Below, one piece after another: positions 62,933 through 64,000 of a stretch of DNA of 64,000 nt; the first letter of the stretch is position 1, and each line of letters begins with the position of its first letter. Made by a program: the position numbers and the translations under genes. The notes beneath the pieces were generated by a model that did not search any database, was not told the origin of the DNA, and saw only the letters and a program-made list of their open reading frames with translations. This stretch comes from Geosiphon pyriformis uo1 (Eukaryota; Fungi; Glomeromycota): contig JAAOMT010000710.1 in NCBI GenBank assembly GCA_016748015.1, positions 62,001 through 126,000 on the forward strand. The letters are read 5' to 3'.

Positions 62933-64000
62933 GTAGTATAAATAGTTTTAGATAAAATAAAAAATGATATTTTCAAAGTATTTGTTAAAAACCCAAACCA
63001 AATATATTTATTTGAAATTTTCTTAATATAAACTTTGTATAAATTAAAGATTAAGAAACTTAACTCTGCAATTCATATCTTGTTTCAATGTTTTGAGTTT
63101 TTAAATACATCTGTAATATATGTCAAATTAAATACCATAAACTCATTTTAGATTGTCCTACTCAGTAGAATTTTATTTACAATATAATTAGAAATAAGTT
63201 ATCTTTTAAATTGGCAAGTTATTTATTTTTAATTCTATATATTTTAAATACAAAAATTCTAACTGTAAATTTATAGGCATTAAATATTCTTATTAACAAT
63301 TACATTAATTTCTATTAATATGCTATTTTACATAATTAATGAGCTGTTTTTAATAAAATTGCTAAATTTCTTGAATTATTTAAGAATATTACAGTTAAAA
63401 TATTAGCCAATTCAAATAATACTGCTTTTTTAATTATTTTTTTTTTTAATATCGTTTTTAATTATGTCAAAGATATGATTAATAATAATAAATCTGGTAA
63501 AATATTATAATCTTGATTATATTTATTTAGTTATTTATTTAACATATTTAATATTAGATTTATTATTTGTCACAGTGATTAAGGCAATAAAAAAAAGTTA
63601 GTTGAATATTATTCTAAAACAAATACAATTGTAATGCTCTGTACTGTATTGAATTTAAAAAAAAAATTCTATTATTTTACCAAAAAAAAATTTTTAGATG
63701 ATAATATTAATAAAATAAAAGAATTTTAAGTTATTAATTTATTTAAATGGTTTTATTTTTCAACTCTCACACAATAAATAAATCTTTAGAATGTATACTT
63801 TTTTTGAAACAGAGTACATACTGAATATTATATCAATATTAAATAACAGTTTTTTATATAATAGCAATTTTAATGATATTATAGCATTAATTATATAATC
63901 TATATTAAAGACAAACTTTAATGATGATAAAAAAAAAAACTTAACAAAATTGATTGTTATATCTCTGAAAAAGTGGCCAATAAGAAAATGAATATAAAAG
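62933..64000 (+). mobile_element. hAT transposase relic, 3' continuation
   Basis: ILDCPT(R)(W)N..Y at about 63140-63185 (hAT DxxTRWNS motif) and KLVEYYSKTN...MLCTVL at about 63590-63655; continues the frame broken at 35343. Confidence 0.75.

Overview
AT-rich eukaryotic repeat DNA with no recognisable host gene; the element types resemble those of Glomeromycotina-type fungi (inference). The window is two stacks of nested transposons. Stack 1 lies downstream of an ORF1-only LINE derivative (<1-1993). It is an old LINE remnant (about 2250-31200) interrupted by a full-length RNase H-bearing LINE (2638-9530) and by Ty3/gypsy element A (10080-30199), whose RT is interrupted by element B (16086-25977). 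A hyper-mutated B-family relic follows (31205-33025). Stack 2 is a hAT transposase relic (about 33600->64000) interrupted by element D (35344-62932); element C (35886-43609) sits in D's 5' LTR and element E (50924-60742, minus strand) sits in D's integrase. The five diverged LTR elements share an unusual retrovirus-like plan: (1) gag-pol starting at a conserved GTG; (2) a Cys-rich domain, a dUTPase and a dUTPase-like relic between protease and RT; (3) integrase in a separate ATG-initiated ORF; (4) a third non-env ORF whose stop abuts the PPT; (5) an LTR hairpin with HIV-1 DIS-like geometry (2+6+1 palindromic loop) and covarying stems; (6) 4-bp TSDs. All copies are decayed, mostly by C>T/G>A transitions. 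Domain calls come from motif recognition by eye, not from database searches.
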